Assembly (NCBI GenBank): GCA_963693055.1
Contig: OY843751.1
Span: 704,001-768,000 of the forward strand
Length of the DNA stretch: 64,000 bases
Direction: 5' to 3'
From: a bacterium
GTDB taxonomy: Bacteria > Zhuqueibacterota > Zhuqueibacteria > Residuimicrobiales > Krinioviventaceae
Part shown: positions 40,827-51,557 of the stretch, one piece after another
How positions within the stretch are numbered: the first letter of the stretch is position 1
How the letters are laid out: each line of letters begins with the position of its first letter
Notes under the pieces: model-generated
Told to the model about the DNA's origin: nothing
What the model saw: only the letters and a program-made list of their open reading frames with translations
Database searches by the model: none
Translations under genes and position numbers: made by a program

Positions 40827-43800
40827 TGAACAAGAGTTTTGACATCCTGGATGATTTTCATCCGGTTGTTGCGGAATGGTTCCGTAAATCGTTTTCGGGA
40901 CCGAGTCCGCCCCAGGTACAGGGTTGGCCTGCCATTGCATCCGGCAATCATACCCTGATTCTGGCCCCAACAGGTTCGGGTAAAACCCTGGCCTCGTTTT
41001 TATGGTGTATAGACAATGTGTTCCGCAAGGGATTAGAGCGTGATCGTTCAGATTTTGCCGCTAATCGGGACGGGGTACACACATTGTATATCTCTCCCTT
41101 GAAAGCGCTGAATAATGATATTCATGCCAATCTTCAGGTCCCCTTGTCCGGCATTCGTGAAACCGCACTTGAAAAGGGACTGGAACCTCCGGATATCCGC
41201 ACAGCGGTTCGTACCGGAGACACACCCTCACATGTACGGCAATCCATGGTCAAGAAACCACCTCACATACTGATTACCACACCGGAATCGCTTTACCTGC
41301 TGCTGACATCTGAACGGGGCAGAGAGATGTTTGGCAACCTTAAATATGTCATCATTGACGAGATACACTCCCTCAGCAATAATAAACGTGGAACACACCT
41401 GAGCTTGTCCCTTGAGCGTTTGGAAGCCTTGTGCAAAACACCGCCGGTGCGAATTGGATTGTCTGCAACACAGCGTCCGTTAGAGCGCATTGCAGCGTTT
41501 TTGGGCGGACAGGTATACAACCCGGGAACGGATTCCTTTGTACCCAGACCCGTAACCATTGTAGATTGCGGCCAGCGCAAAGAACTGGATTTAAAAGTAA
41601 TCTCTCCGGTCAAGGATTTTAACGATTTACCGGATTCTACCATTTGGCCTTCATTAATTGATACGCTATACAATATGATACTGGCGCATGAAACCACCCT
41701 GGTATTTGTCAATATGCGTGCCCAGGCCGAGAAAATAGCCCGGCAGATCAATGAAAAACATGCAGAGAACACGGGAGGGGCAGATGGCCCCATGGCATTA
41801 GCCCATCACGGCAGCATTTCACGCGAGATGCGTTACGAGATTGAAAGCACGTTAAAAAAGGGCGAGATCCCCGCGGTGATTGCAACCTCATCATTGGAAC
41901 TGGGAATTGATATTGGCAGTATTGACCTGGTAGTACAGGTTGAGACCCCCAAGACCGTTGCATCCACGTTACAGCGCGTTGGGCGCAGCGGTCACTTGCT
42001 CTCCGCAACCAGCAAGGGGCGAATTATCCCATTATATCAGTCTGATCTGGATGACGCGGTTGCGTTTATTCGTTTTATGCGTGAAGGCGAGATCGAGGAA
42101 ACCCACATTCCGGAAAACGGTCTGGATGTGCTTGCGCAGCAGATTGTTGCCGAGGTATCCATGCGCGAGTGGCAGCGGATGGATTTATATCGATTGCTGC
42201 GGGGCAGTTACAGCTATCGCAATTTGACTGAAACGGTTTTTAACAATATTGTGGACATGCTTAACGGCAGGTTTGGGCATACAGAGCTACGGGCCTTGCA
42301 GCCGCGTCTGACCTGGGACACGGTCAATGACAGGCTCATCACCCGCAGGGGATCGCGACTGACGGCTGTGATGAACGGTGGGACCATTGCGGACCGTGCT
42401 TATTATGGTGTGTATTTGCAGGACAGCGGCACCCGCATTGGTGAAATGGAAGAAGAATTTGCCTTTGAATCACGTGTGGGCGATGTGTTCTTTTTGGGCA
42501 ATAACGAGTGGCGCATTAACGAGATCACCAAAGACAGGATCATTGTATCTCCATTGGGTTCGCCCACACCGCGTTCTCCATTTTGGAAGAGCGAGCCGCT
42601 TTACAGAGATTTTGAAACCAGTGCCAAAATTGGTTCATGGCGTGAACAGGTATTGAGTTATTTGAAAAAGCCGGACGAACTGGCACATGATTTTGATCTG
42701 GATGCGGAAACTGCTGAAAATGTATTGGATTATCTGAAACGGCAGTTTGAGCAGACCGGTAAGCTGCCCACGGATAAACGTATTGTGGTAGAATATTTCA
42801 GGGACTCTGTAGGTGAGCCGCAAGTGGTGATCCATGGTCCCTATGGCGGTAAAGTGTTGGGTGCCTGGGCAACGGTCCTTTGCGCAGTTCTTGAAAAGCG
42901 TTTTGATGTGCAGGTTCAATATTCCTATGATGACGACAGCATATTGATCCGTTTGCTGGACGTGACAGAACCTCCGGACATGGAGGCACTGTTGAAAATT
43001 ACGGCGGATGAAGCTGAAGAGATTTTAACATCTTATATCCCCACAACACCGCTGTTTGCCATCCGGTTCAGGCACAATGCAACCCGTGCGTTGTTGTTGC
43101 AGCGCTCTCGCACGGATATGCGAATCCCGCTCTGGCTACAGCGCTTGCGGGCATCTGATCTGCTGCAGGTTGTGCAGGAATTTCCGGATTTTCCCATTAT
43201 CATCGAGACTATGCGCGATTGTTTACAGGATGTATTCGATGTGGCAGGCATGAAAAAAGTTGTCAATGCTATACATGATAAAAGTTTAGAGGTCCATACG
43301 GTGCATACATCCTCTCCGTCCCCAATGGCGTCGGGAGTATTGTTCAGGCTATTGGCAGAGTATATGTATGAATATGATCAAACCCGCACAACCGGATTTG
43401 CGGCAGAGATCAGCAGTGATCTGCTGGCAGATGTGCTGCAAAAAGAAGTCATACCTGCTATTGTCAGTCGAGAGATTATTGATGAGACAGAATCCCGTTG
43501 GCAGCATACCGCTGCCGACAGCAAGGCCAAAGATGCGGAAGATTTATTCTCAATTATCCAAAAGCTGGGTCCTTTAACAGATGCGGAACTTGCTGAGCGG
43601 TCTGCAATGGACATTGATGAATGGACTGTGAATTTGCAAAAGCAGGACCGAATACTCCAAATTCATAAGGGTTGGATCACAACCCAGGAAAAGAACTATT
43701 ATGAATATCCACAGGAATCGGAGCATTGTAAATGGATTGTAAATAAAGTGTTTCGGGGACGGGGGCCTGTTTTAATAAATGAGGTGGTTGAGAAAACCGG

Positions 43801-45328
43801 ATTGAACAAAGAATGTGTTATCATTGCAGTTGATGCGTTGGTAAAAGACAAGGCCCTGGTAAGTGGAGCGTTGGTTGAAAATGAAATTGGCACTTTTTAT
43901 TGTGACCGACACAATTTTGCGCAATTGTACCGTCGTGCTATTGTCATCCGCCGCCAGGCTATGCGCCCAGGTGACCGGCAACTGTTTTACCGGTTTCTGT
44001 TAAACTGGCACCGTATCCACAAAGCAGATACCTCTGTGGACGAGATCGTCCGTCAATACAGCGGACTGTATTTGCCAACCGGTGTGTTTGAGCGTGATAT
44101 TCTGCGCAGCAGACTGATCAATGATACGGACCATGTGGACATTCTTGTGGATTTTGTAAATTCGTTTATGAATAGCGGAGATATTCATATTCGGGCGCAG
44201 AAAGAACGCGCGGGGACCCAAACCCGGGTATGTTATACCAGCCGGGGAGAGGGCAGCATTTTAAAAGCCTCTGCGGAAATACGAGAGACAGCAGATGATA
44301 TAAAAGGGGAAGAAGCGCAAACCGTACTTTTGTTTTTACGGGATAACGGTGCCAGCCATTTCAAAGATATTTGTGATGGATCCGGGCTTTCTCAGGTGCA
44401 GACGGAAAATGGATTGTACGAGCTGGCTTTGAGCGGATTGGTGAGTTGCGATCATTATTCCAGTTTCCTAAGGATTATTGGCAGGACAGTTAAAAGCGAA
44501 GAAAAAACAGTGTCATCGGGATGGCATGACGAGATCAAGCCAGCATTTCCTCGCGGCCCAGTTACGCGGCATGGCAGGCGAACACAGCGACCCAGTCGGC
44601 ACGAGATCCGATCCCGTTTACCGCGATACGAAGGCAGATGGACGCTGACCACTGCATTTGCGGTGCATGGCAAAGAGCTTGAGGATGATGCTCGCGCGGA
44701 AAAACAGGCCCGGCTGTTGTTGCAGCGATATGGCGTGCTGGTCAAAGAGTTTTATCGTCGTGAAATTGGTCTGATGCCGTGGTATAGGATATTCCGGACG
44801 TTGAAGCGTATGGAATGGAGTGGAGAGATCAGAAGGGGATATTTTATTGAAGGGTTGTCCGGTGTTCAATTTGCTTTACCCGAAGCGGTACGAAAACTGG
44901 AATCTCTGCAAACCGGAGAGGCAAAAATCAGTACCGGTCCGGCCTTGTTGACAGTTGTGGACCCTGCGTTGCCCTTTGGCGGGACCATTGATTGGGGCTT
45001 GAAAGACAAAGTGGGGAAATCCATTTCAGTCACACGTTTGCCGTCGAACCATTTGTTTTTTGTGGATGATCGTCCCGTTGTGTATTCAGAAAATTACGGT
45101 GCGCGATTATTTTTGTGCAGCGAGTTTAAATCGGAATATACCGATGAACTGGCCCAGGCGCTCAAACTGTTTTTGAAATTGCCGGAAATGTATCGTCCCA
45201 AACGCAAGCTGGAAATTCAAACAATTGATGGCTACCCTGCAGCGACGCATGAACTGGCAGAGATTTTTCTGAACTATGGTTACGAAGCGGATGGAAAATC
45301 ACTGGTTCTGTGGCCGAGCGGGGTGTGA
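40826..45328 (+). CDS. lhr: Lhr-family ATP-dependent helicase with C-terminal extension
   Basis: 'APTGSGKT', 'SPLKAL', 'TTPES', 'DEIH', 'HHGS', 'QRVGRSGH'; C-terminal 'LL.RYGV..E..G..RRGYF.EGL.G.QFA'; TAATG-coupled start. Confidence 0.93.
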   Translation: MNKSFDILDDFHPVVAEWFRKSFSGPSPPQVQGWPAIASGNHTLILAPTGSGKTLASFLWCIDNVFRKGLERDRSDFAANRDGVHTLYISPLKALNNDIHANLQVPLSGIRETALEKGLEPPDIRTAVRTGDTPSHVRQSMVKKPPHILITTPESLYLLLTSERGREMFGNLKYVIIDEIHSLSNNKRGTHLSLSLERLEALCKTPPVRIGLSATQRPLERIAAFLGGQVYNPGTDSFVPRPVTIVDCGQRKELDLKVISPVKDFNDLPDSTIWPSLIDTLYNMILAHETTLVFVNMRAQAEKIARQINEKHAENTGGADGPMALAHHGSISREMRYEIESTLKKGEIPAVIATSSLELGIDIGSIDLVVQVETPKTVASTLQRVGRSGHLLSATSKGRIIPLYQSDLDDAVAFIRFMREGEIEETHIPENGLDVLAQQIVAEVSMREWQRMDLYRLLRGSYSYRNLTETVFNNIVDMLNGRFGHTELRALQPRLTWDTVNDRLITRRGSRLTAVMNGGTIADRAYYGVYLQDSGTRIGEMEEEFAFESRVGDVFFLGNNEWRINEITKDRIIVSPLGSPTPRSPFWKSEPLYRDFETSAKIGSWREQVLSYLKKPDELAHDFDLDAETAENVLDYLKRQFEQTGKLPTDKRIVVEYFRDSVGEPQVVIHGPYGGKVLGAWATVLCAVLEKRFDVQVQYSYDDDSILIRLLDVTEPPDMEALLKITADEAEEILTSYIPTTPLFAIRFRHNATRALLLQRSRTDMRIPLWLQRLRASDLLQVVQEFPDFPIIIETMRDCLQDVFDVAGMKKVVNAIHDKSLEVHTVHTSSPSPMASGVLFRLLAEYMYEYDQTRTTGFAAEISSDLLADVLQKEVIPAIVSREIIDETESRWQHTAADSKAKDAEDLFSIIQKLGPLTDAELAERSAMDIDEWTVNLQKQDRILQIHKGWITTQEKNYYEYPQESEHCKWIVNKVFRGRGPVLINEVVEKTGLNKECVIIAVDALVKDKALVSGALVENEIGTFYCDRHNFAQLYRRAIVIRRQAMRPGDRQLFYRFLLNWHRIHKADTSVDEIVRQYSGLYLPTGVFERDILRSRLINDTDHVDILVDFVNSFMNSGDIHIRAQKERAGTQTRVCYTSRGEGSILKASAEIRETADDIKGEEAQTVLLFLRDNGASHFKDICDGSGLSQVQTENGLYELALSGLVSCDHYSSFLRIIGRTVKSEEKTVSSGWHDEIKPAFPRGPVTRHGRRTQRPSRHEIRSRLPRYEGRWTLTTAFAVHGKELEDDARAEKQARLLLQRYGVLVKEFYRREIGLMPWYRIFRTLKRMEWSGEIRRGYFIEGLSGVQFALPEAVRKLESLQTGEAKISTGPALLTVVDPALPFGGTIDWGLKDKVGKSISVTRLPSNHLFFVDDRPVVYSENYGARLFLCSEFKSEYTDELAQALKLFLKLPEMYRPKRKLEIQTIDGYPAATHELAEIFLNYGYEADGKSLVLWPSGV

Positions 45329-45369
45329 TTTCTGATTTAATAAAATAAAGATTATTATTTAAGGATTTT

Positions 45370-46053
45370 TCAATCCTCCTGCAACTTGCCAAAACGGTTG
45401 CGCTGGAAAAATTTTGTGTTCAGTTTTAAAAAGTTTTGAACGGATTGTACAAGCTGGGATTTACGTCCGGTTTTGTAATACAGATATGCTGCCAGGGACA
45501 TAAACATTGCTCCTGAAGAATCCACAATCAAGTCCCACATGGTATCATGCAAACTGCCACGCTGCATATTGCCGTTGAATAGATTGTCTACGGTAAATTC
45601 GAAAATCTCCCACAGAGCCCCGAATGACACTGAAAAAGAGAATGCGAAAATACACATGAATTTACGGTCAAGCACCAGGTCTATTCTGGCATTGTGGTTT
45701 AAAATCCAGACCAGTAAAAGTCCTACAACACCCAAGAGCACCCCGGAAGTTCCATGCAGAAACAGGTCCCACCACCAAAAGCGTTCATAAAAATCAAAGA
45801 TCTCTCCCAGGAACATGGAGGCAAAAATAAACAGGATGGTAACCAGTTCAAATTCTGTCGGCAGGATCAGGTGATAATGCTTGGCAAACAATGTGGGAGT
45901 AATGGACAGCGCCATAATGCTGAGAATTGTCAAAACATTGAACCAGTCCATGCGAAATGCAGAGATGACCAGACCTAATAGTATAATAACTTGAAGAGAC
46001 AGTTTGATAATTCTTTGTACACGTGTTATTGGGGGATGTATGGTATTTTCCAT
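45370..46053 (-). CDS. Integral membrane protein (DUF2238-like)
   Basis: 'WWWDLFLH', 'WEIFEF', 'DTMWDL' motifs within TM helices. Confidence 0.75.
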   Translation of the reverse strand: MENTIHPPITRVQRIIKLSLQVIILLGLVISAFRMDWFNVLTILSIMALSITPTLFAKHYHLILPTEFELVTILFIFASMFLGEIFDFYERFWWWDLFLHGTSGVLLGVVGLLLVWILNHNARIDLVLDRKFMCIFAFSFSVSFGALWEIFEFTVDNLFNGNMQRGSLHDTMWDLIVDSSGAMFMSLAAYLYYKTGRKSQLVQSVQNFLKLNTKFFQRNRFGKLQED

Positions 46054-46130
46054 TGCTGGTTTCCTATTTTATTATCTTTAAAATAAAAATCAGCAATGAA
46101 AAATTCAACAACTATCATTAAAATTTGAGA

Positions 46131-46164
46131 GAAAAATATCCGCAAGGAATCACCTTGCGGATAT
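46131..46164 (-). terminator. Intrinsic terminator
   Basis: ATATCCGCAAGG/CCTTGCGGATAT with a minus-strand T-run. Confidence 0.8.
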
Positions 46165-46171
46165 AGCAGGC

Positions 46172-46729
46172 TTATAAATTTTCAGCCATTTGTTTGTCAA
46201 ACATTTTATCCATTTCTAAATGGAGAAACGTGAAAACATCGCCTTCCATTAGCATGTCTTCATTGAGTTTTATTGATGAAGATAATAAAGAGTCATTTAG
46301 GTATATTTCGGCCAGCTTTGCATCTACCTGGAGGTGATATAAGGGATCATTGGTGATCATTTTATCTAGTGGCTTGTTGAATTTGCTCATGTCAAGCTGT
46401 GGACAATCAGATTTTAGTAATACCAATATATGCAAGGTGCTGTGGCGAATCCATGCGGATTCATGTGATAAATTTTTGATCCAGAGATCAGTTGTCTCTT
46501 TCATTGCTTTTGAATTGATAAAATTATCAAATTCTTTCATCTTTTTTTGAGGATAAGAGGTTTTATAGGTATTCAATTTTGAAAGCGCTTCAAGTTGAGC
46601 TTCTCTGTTGGAGGATGATAAAGCTTTGAGATATTTGGAGATTTCCTTTTCAATCTCATCTGGTAAATTTTCTGAAAAACAAATACCCGTGAATGTCAGG
46701 AATACTGCAAAAATGAGTAATTTTTTCAT
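46172..46729 (-). CDS. Secreted helical (HEAT-like) hypothetical protein
   Basis: AAGGAG RBS, signal peptide, two similar helical units (KALSSSN..A..EAL / KNLSHES..IR.STL). Confidence 0.65.
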   Translation of the reverse strand: MKKLLIFAVFLTFTGICFSENLPDEIEKEISKYLKALSSSNREAQLEALSKLNTYKTSYPQKKMKEFDNFINSKAMKETTDLWIKNLSHESAWIRHSTLHILVLLKSDCPQLDMSKFNKPLDKMITNDPLYHLQVDAKLAEIYLNDSLLSSSIKLNEDMLMEGDVFTFLHLEMDKMFDKQMAENL

Positions 46730-47156
46730 TTCTTTCTCCTTGATAAAATGATGTATGTCAAATAGCTGGTTAGACCGGACCCTTGAATGAATCATATTCA
46801 TTTCAGGCCGGAAGATTATAACAGATTGTGAACGTATTGTATTCCGAATGAGAAAATTAAATCACAATTATTGTCAATTCGGATTGTTAATTTTTTTCCT
46901 AGATATATTCAGCGGGTGTGTTGTATTTTTGTTATTGGTATAATGGGGATTTATGAAAATGTCTATTGCCGCAGCTTCAACAGAGATGATATTTGTCGGA
47001 TGCAGGCAAAGCAAGGGGTACCAAAGCAATCTGTTAAAATTGGTTTAATGTTGAGCGCTGTTTAAAGTTTGTGACGTTTTAAGCGTTACCCCGGCAGTAT
47101 CCATGTAATCTTGAATAGTATAATATTAATTATTTAAGCAAAAAGACTGTTGAAAT

Positions 47157-47185
47157 AAAAAACCGGGAGTAAATGCTCCCGGTTT
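47157..47185 (-). terminator. Terminator of the fucosidase gene
   Basis: AAACCGGGAG/CTCCCGGTTT with a minus-strand T-run. Confidence 0.85.
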
Positions 47186-47190
47186 AATTT

Positions 47191-48489
47191 TTATTCTTTA
47201 ATATTTGTTATCTTGAAAACAACAGGGTTGGGCCAGGTGCGGTCATTATAAAGACGTTGTGCCCGTGTAGCTGTTATTTGCAAGCCTTCTGTCATTTGTT
47301 GCCAGGTAGTTTTGGGGATGCGTTCGGTATTGTACTCAAGAACTTTGTCATTTTGTCCCAGTATAGATACGGTAGTATTGTTACTGATTTTAATTCCCGG
47401 CAGTAACAATGTTTTTTCTTGTCCCCATTTCCAGGGGGCACCGGTAACAAACGCATAAACGGTATTTTCTGTTTTATGCCGGGTAAACCAGAGACTGTCT
47501 GATTTTGCTGTTTTCCAGGGTAACACATTATATACGGCTTCTCCATTGACAAACATCCACAGGCCCACCTCTCTTAATATATTTTGCTGTTCCATGGGGA
47601 TCTCTCCCTCCGGGTCGGGACCAATATTCATCAACATATTGCCGCCCTTGGCGCGGGTTTCAATAAGATTTTTTATCACCTCATTCGCGCTCATGTATTT
47701 CTCATTGGTGGGTTTGTATTGCCAGGAGGTGCCCAGGGTGAAGCATGCTTCCCAAGGCTCTATATCCGTCATGTTCGGGAGTTTTGCACTAGTTGATGGC
47801 GCAATTTCAGGTGTATTCATTGCTCCGCGGGTAATTACTGCATCCGGCTGCAGCTCCCATGTCAGATCTACCAGACCATTTTCCTGTCCGTCAAAAAAGA
47901 CTATGTCGATGGGGCCATATTGTGTCATTAATTCTTTGACCTGGGCTTTATTGGTTTGCATTAATTCCGGATTATTCAGGGGCAGCACCTCGGGTCTGCG
48001 ACGGCTGATCAGCGTGCCTTGCTGATGCAGAACGTAAAAATCATCCGGAGAAAAATAAAATCCTACCTGAATGCCCGCATCCCGAAAGGCCTTGACAATC
48101 TCTGCGGTTATATCTTTACCATATGGGGTATGCATGATGTTGAAATTATTTGTTTTGCTGTCAAACATGCAAAAACCGGAATGGTGCTTGGTTGTGAAAA
48201 CCACATATTTAAATCCTGCGGTTTTAGCGAGCCTTGCCCATGCTTGTGGATTGAAATTTTGCGGATTAAAATTGGCCGGGAGATCATTAATAAACTTTTG
48301 TACATACTCATCCGAGGCACCAACCATAGAGTGGCTGATTACAGTTCCGATCTGACTGTCAACACCCCAGTGTATAAACATACCAAAGCCCAGATCGCGG
48401 AACCATTCCAAACGTTCCGGTTTGTTTTCAGCAAACAGGAATTGGGGAAGGATAAGGAATATTAAAATAATGTAATATTTCAGTTTCAT
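47191..48489 (-). CDS. Alpha-L-fucosidase (GH29)
   Basis: 'FGMFIHWG', 'TTKHHSGF', 'FFDG'; signal peptide. Confidence 0.92.
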   Translation of the reverse strand: MKLKYYIILIFLILPQFLFAENKPERLEWFRDLGFGMFIHWGVDSQIGTVISHSMVGASDEYVQKFINDLPANFNPQNFNPQAWARLAKTAGFKYVVFTTKHHSGFCMFDSKTNNFNIMHTPYGKDITAEIVKAFRDAGIQVGFYFSPDDFYVLHQQGTLISRRRPEVLPLNNPELMQTNKAQVKELMTQYGPIDIVFFDGQENGLVDLTWELQPDAVITRGAMNTPEIAPSTSAKLPNMTDIEPWEACFTLGTSWQYKPTNEKYMSANEVIKNLIETRAKGGNMLMNIGPDPEGEIPMEQQNILREVGLWMFVNGEAVYNVLPWKTAKSDSLWFTRHKTENTVYAFVTGAPWKWGQEKTLLLPGIKISNNTTVSILGQNDKVLEYNTERIPKTTWQQMTEGLQITATRAQRLYNDRTWPNPVVFKITNIKE

Positions 48490-48506
48490 GCTGCCTCCCA
48501 TATTTA

Positions 48507-49148
48507 TTAAAAAACAATCCATAGTTTTATGGCAAAGCCTGCCTGGTAATCCCAAAAAGTATGGTGATTGCTGGATTGAAAAACCAACCCCACATCCGGT
48601 TTGAGATAGTTGGTGATATAAAACTTTGTTCCAAAACGTATACGGTTTATGTTAACGTAATGGTCTGTTGCGTTGTAAAAGATTTCATCATTTAAATAGA
48701 ATGAAAACTCTTTGCCTCTAATATAATAATCCGTTGCTACCTGGGTACGATTTTTATAGACGCGAATATTGTAATTGTCTTTGCGATCTCTGTATTCAAA
48801 TTTGTGCTGATTTGATATTTCCCAGGGACCACGTTCATATTTAAAATTCAATCTCAATACCGGTTTCTGTTCCGGGACCCATTCCGCACCTTTAATGGAA
48901 CCTCTTTGGTAGGTCACACCAATATCCAGCCAGGATTTGAATGCATATGACAGTTCCAGGCTAACTTTTTTAAAATTTTGTTCTGACGCGTCATTGCGGA
49001 AACGATTTTCTCCATCGCTTTGTAATTTCCAGGAATCATTGAAATCATGTTGAAATCCATAGCCAGCCCAGAATTGGTGGTCCATGTCCAGTGCGTGGGA
49101 AAATGTAGTAATGAAGAATATGCTGAGGGGAATGAATACTTTGTACAA
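48507..49148 (-). CDS. DUF2490-like outer-membrane beta-barrel
   Basis: 'E.RF', 'FEYR', 'DEIF', 'RI.FG' pattern; terminal Phe; TTG start. Confidence 0.75.
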   Translation of the reverse strand: MYKVFIPLSIFFITTFSHALDMDHQFWAGYGFQHDFNDSWKLQSDGENRFRNDASEQNFKKVSLELSYAFKSWLDIGVTYQRGSIKGAEWVPEQKPVLRLNFKYERGPWEISNQHKFEYRDRKDNYNIRVYKNRTQVATDYYIRGKEFSFYLNDEIFYNATDHYVNINRIRFGTKFYITNYLKPDVGLVFQSSNHHTFWDYQAGFAIKLWIVF

Positions 49149-49308
49149 CTCTACTCTCTTTATAAAACATGAAAAATAAATATAATCAATATATTATAAT
49201 AATTAAATATGAAAAATACGTAATGTTGAAAAAAATACATTTTTTTACAAAACTTTATCGTTTCATACGCATCTAATTAAAGTTGTCACTTAATTTAAGG
49301 ATGTTGAA

Positions 49309-49956
49309 ATGAATAACGAACATGTGGAAATATTGAAAAAGGGAACGGAAATTTGGAATAACTGGCGGCACGAGAATCCTGCAATTGTACCGGACTTGCA
49401 GGATGCGGATCTGTCTGGTATGGATCTGCAATTTGCAAATTTGCAAAGCGCAAATTTATTTATGGCAAACTTGCGGGGAAGCAATCTTGGTAAAGCCAAT
49501 TTAGAAACTGCGAATCTGGAAGGTGCGGACCTGGAAGGTGCAGCACTGTGGGAGGCCAATGCGTTTTCTGCCAATTTTCAATATGCCAATTTAGAAAATA
49601 CAGTGCTTGAAAAAGCAAACCTGAAAAAAGCTGCTTTAAATGGTGCGTCTCTGAACGGTGCGGTGTTGAATGACGCAGTGCTTTCGCAAGCCAATTTGCA
49701 AAAAGCAGTATTATATAATGCAATTATGATCACTACCAATCTGGATAAAGCCGATTTGTCTGATGCTAACTTGACAGGGGCAACCATTGCCTGTTGTCAT
49801 GTGGGTGACTGGCGAATTAACGGTACCCGCTGTGACCATTTTTATTCAGACCGCGTGCGGCGCAAACGCCATCCGGCAAATGGTAATTTTCAGGCCGGAG
49901 AGTTTGAAATGCTGTGGGGTCAGGGCCTCAAACAGAGCTGTGTGATTGGGGAATAG
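49309..49956 (+). CDS. Pentapeptide repeat protein
   Basis: 'G...WN.WR' N-terminus and more than 20 A(D/N)Lxx repeats. Confidence 0.93.
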   Translation: MNNEHVEILKKGTEIWNNWRHENPAIVPDLQDADLSGMDLQFANLQSANLFMANLRGSNLGKANLETANLEGADLEGAALWEANAFSANFQYANLENTVLEKANLKKAALNGASLNGAVLNDAVLSQANLQKAVLYNAIMITTNLDKADLSDANLTGATIACCHVGDWRINGTRCDHFYSDRVRRKRHPANGNFQAGEFEMLWGQGLKQSCVIGE

Positions 49957-49968
49957 AGACCTCCCCCA

Positions 49969-51369
49969 TCAATGCACCAGGGTCATTTTCCTGATTTGAG
50001 ATTGATTGCCAGAAACCAGTTTGTAGAAATATACTCCTGACGGAACACGGTTGCCGCTTGCATCTGCGCTGTTCCAGGGGATTGTATAAATACCGGCTGT
50101 TTGCTGTTTGTCAACCAGGGTAATGATCTCTCTTCCCAAAATATCATAAATAGTCAATTTTGTATGCGCGTCTTTTTCTACCCGGTATTGAATAGTGGTT
50201 TGGGGATTAAAGGGGTTGGGATAGTTTTGTAAAATACGATCTGGTATGTTTGTGCCAGAATTGACACCCCAATCACATGTACACCAAAGTCTACCCATTA
50301 ACAGTATCGTATCAATCTCCCAGGAAGCGGATTGAAAGGTATCCATTGACTTGAACCACCTAAAACGGAGTTGTATATCATTTTTATCTTTTACAAGCGA
50401 GTCAATGTCTAATGTGTAGTATTTATCGTGATCAATATTGTTTTCGTTACATGGTGCTTTCTTGGTAAAAGAGCGTATTGTATTCCAGGTTTTTCCACTA
50501 TCCGTTGTAATTTCAACATTTGCATTAAATGGATAGTCGTGCCCGCCAGTCCCTGTTATTTTAGAGTGGAAAAACAAATAGATATCTCTACCTCCATCAC
50601 GAATAGGTTCTAAATCATAAATTGGGCTTAAAAGTGTTTCGTTTTGATGTTGTACAAGGGGGTTTTGACTTTTTGAATAGTCATTAATATCTACAAGGGT
50701 TCTATCAATTACAAATTTTATTGGATTATAGTCATAACTTTTTTCAACATGCCAGGCATTAATATGATTTTGTCCTGATTTATATGTGCTGTCTATTGCA
50801 ACCCAGTTTTTTGCCTGATTGTCTATAAAAAAACTGTCAGTTGATGTATAGACTGGTAAACCACTAATTGAGTTGTCTTGATGTGTGAAACATTCAATGA
50901 CATCATCATCATCCGGAAGTGATAAAAAACTTTTTTCAATTTTATTGTTATATGGATTTTGGTCATCCCCATATAGTGATTCTATAGAAATTATGAATTT
51001 TTCAAGATCAGTTATTACTTTCCAATTGAAACTTAAAACTCTGCTTGAATCACCAGACAACAAGGGCGGAGATTGATCATTTTTGATATATAATGTATCT
51101 GTTTGTCCATTTCTGGAAGGAAAAGTAATACATAGTACAAGCGGTACAGGACCTATAGCACTTGTACCGTTATTTTTTATTCTACATGATATGGTTAATT
51201 CATCATATTGATACACCATTTGACCCGGTTCAAGACCCAGATCGAGAGAAATAGGCATAGCATCTATTTCATACTCTGAAACAGAATCCGGTTGAGTGAT
51301 ACCCGTACTTGCAAGCAATGACAACGAAGACATAAACAGGACAAAAAACAGGCAATTGTAAACTTTCAT
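49969..51369 (-). CDS. Secreted protein (CARDB-like plus beta-sandwich) with C-terminal sorting domain
   Basis: Signal peptide from ATG 51369; 'IKNNG', 'DQNPYNN'; 'QNYPNPFNP..SGVYFYKL' CTD. Confidence 0.8.
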   Translation of the reverse strand: MKVYNCLFFVLFMSSLSLLASTGITQPDSVSEYEIDAMPISLDLGLEPGQMVYQYDELTISCRIKNNGTSAIGPVPLVLCITFPSRNGQTDTLYIKNDQSPPLLSGDSSRVLSFNWKVITDLEKFIISIESLYGDDQNPYNNKIEKSFLSLPDDDDVIECFTHQDNSISGLPVYTSTDSFFIDNQAKNWVAIDSTYKSGQNHINAWHVEKSYDYNPIKFVIDRTLVDINDYSKSQNPLVQHQNETLLSPIYDLEPIRDGGRDIYLFFHSKITGTGGHDYPFNANVEITTDSGKTWNTIRSFTKKAPCNENNIDHDKYYTLDIDSLVKDKNDIQLRFRWFKSMDTFQSASWEIDTILLMGRLWCTCDWGVNSGTNIPDRILQNYPNPFNPQTTIQYRVEKDAHTKLTIYDILGREIITLVDKQQTAGIYTIPWNSADASGNRVPSGVYFYKLVSGNQSQIRKMTLVH

Positions 51370-51535
51370 GGAATGTCCCCACAGAATGATTGGTGATTTG
51401 TTGAAATAAAATATATGAAAAATGAAAGTGTGGTACAAGAAGAAAAAAATCGGGCCCCCCGTCTCAACCCTTACCCCTAAAGGTGTCTTACAAGCCCGAT
51501 ACAGTAAGAGTATACAAATGTAATTCAAATATATC

Positions 51536-51555
51536 AATACTCCCTAGGGAGTATT
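51536..51555. promoter_or_regulatory. Perfect 20-bp palindrome, NarL/LuxR-type operator candidate
   Basis: AATACTCCCT|AGGGAGTATT between the luxR gene end and the secreted-protein gene. Confidence 0.7.
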
Positions 51556-51557
51556 TT

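Noticed and set aside
49380-49790. 15-bp periodicity as a DNA repeat or CRISPR-like array
   Set aside because: Explained by pentapeptide-repeat coding; no constant repeat with unique spacers anywhere in the window
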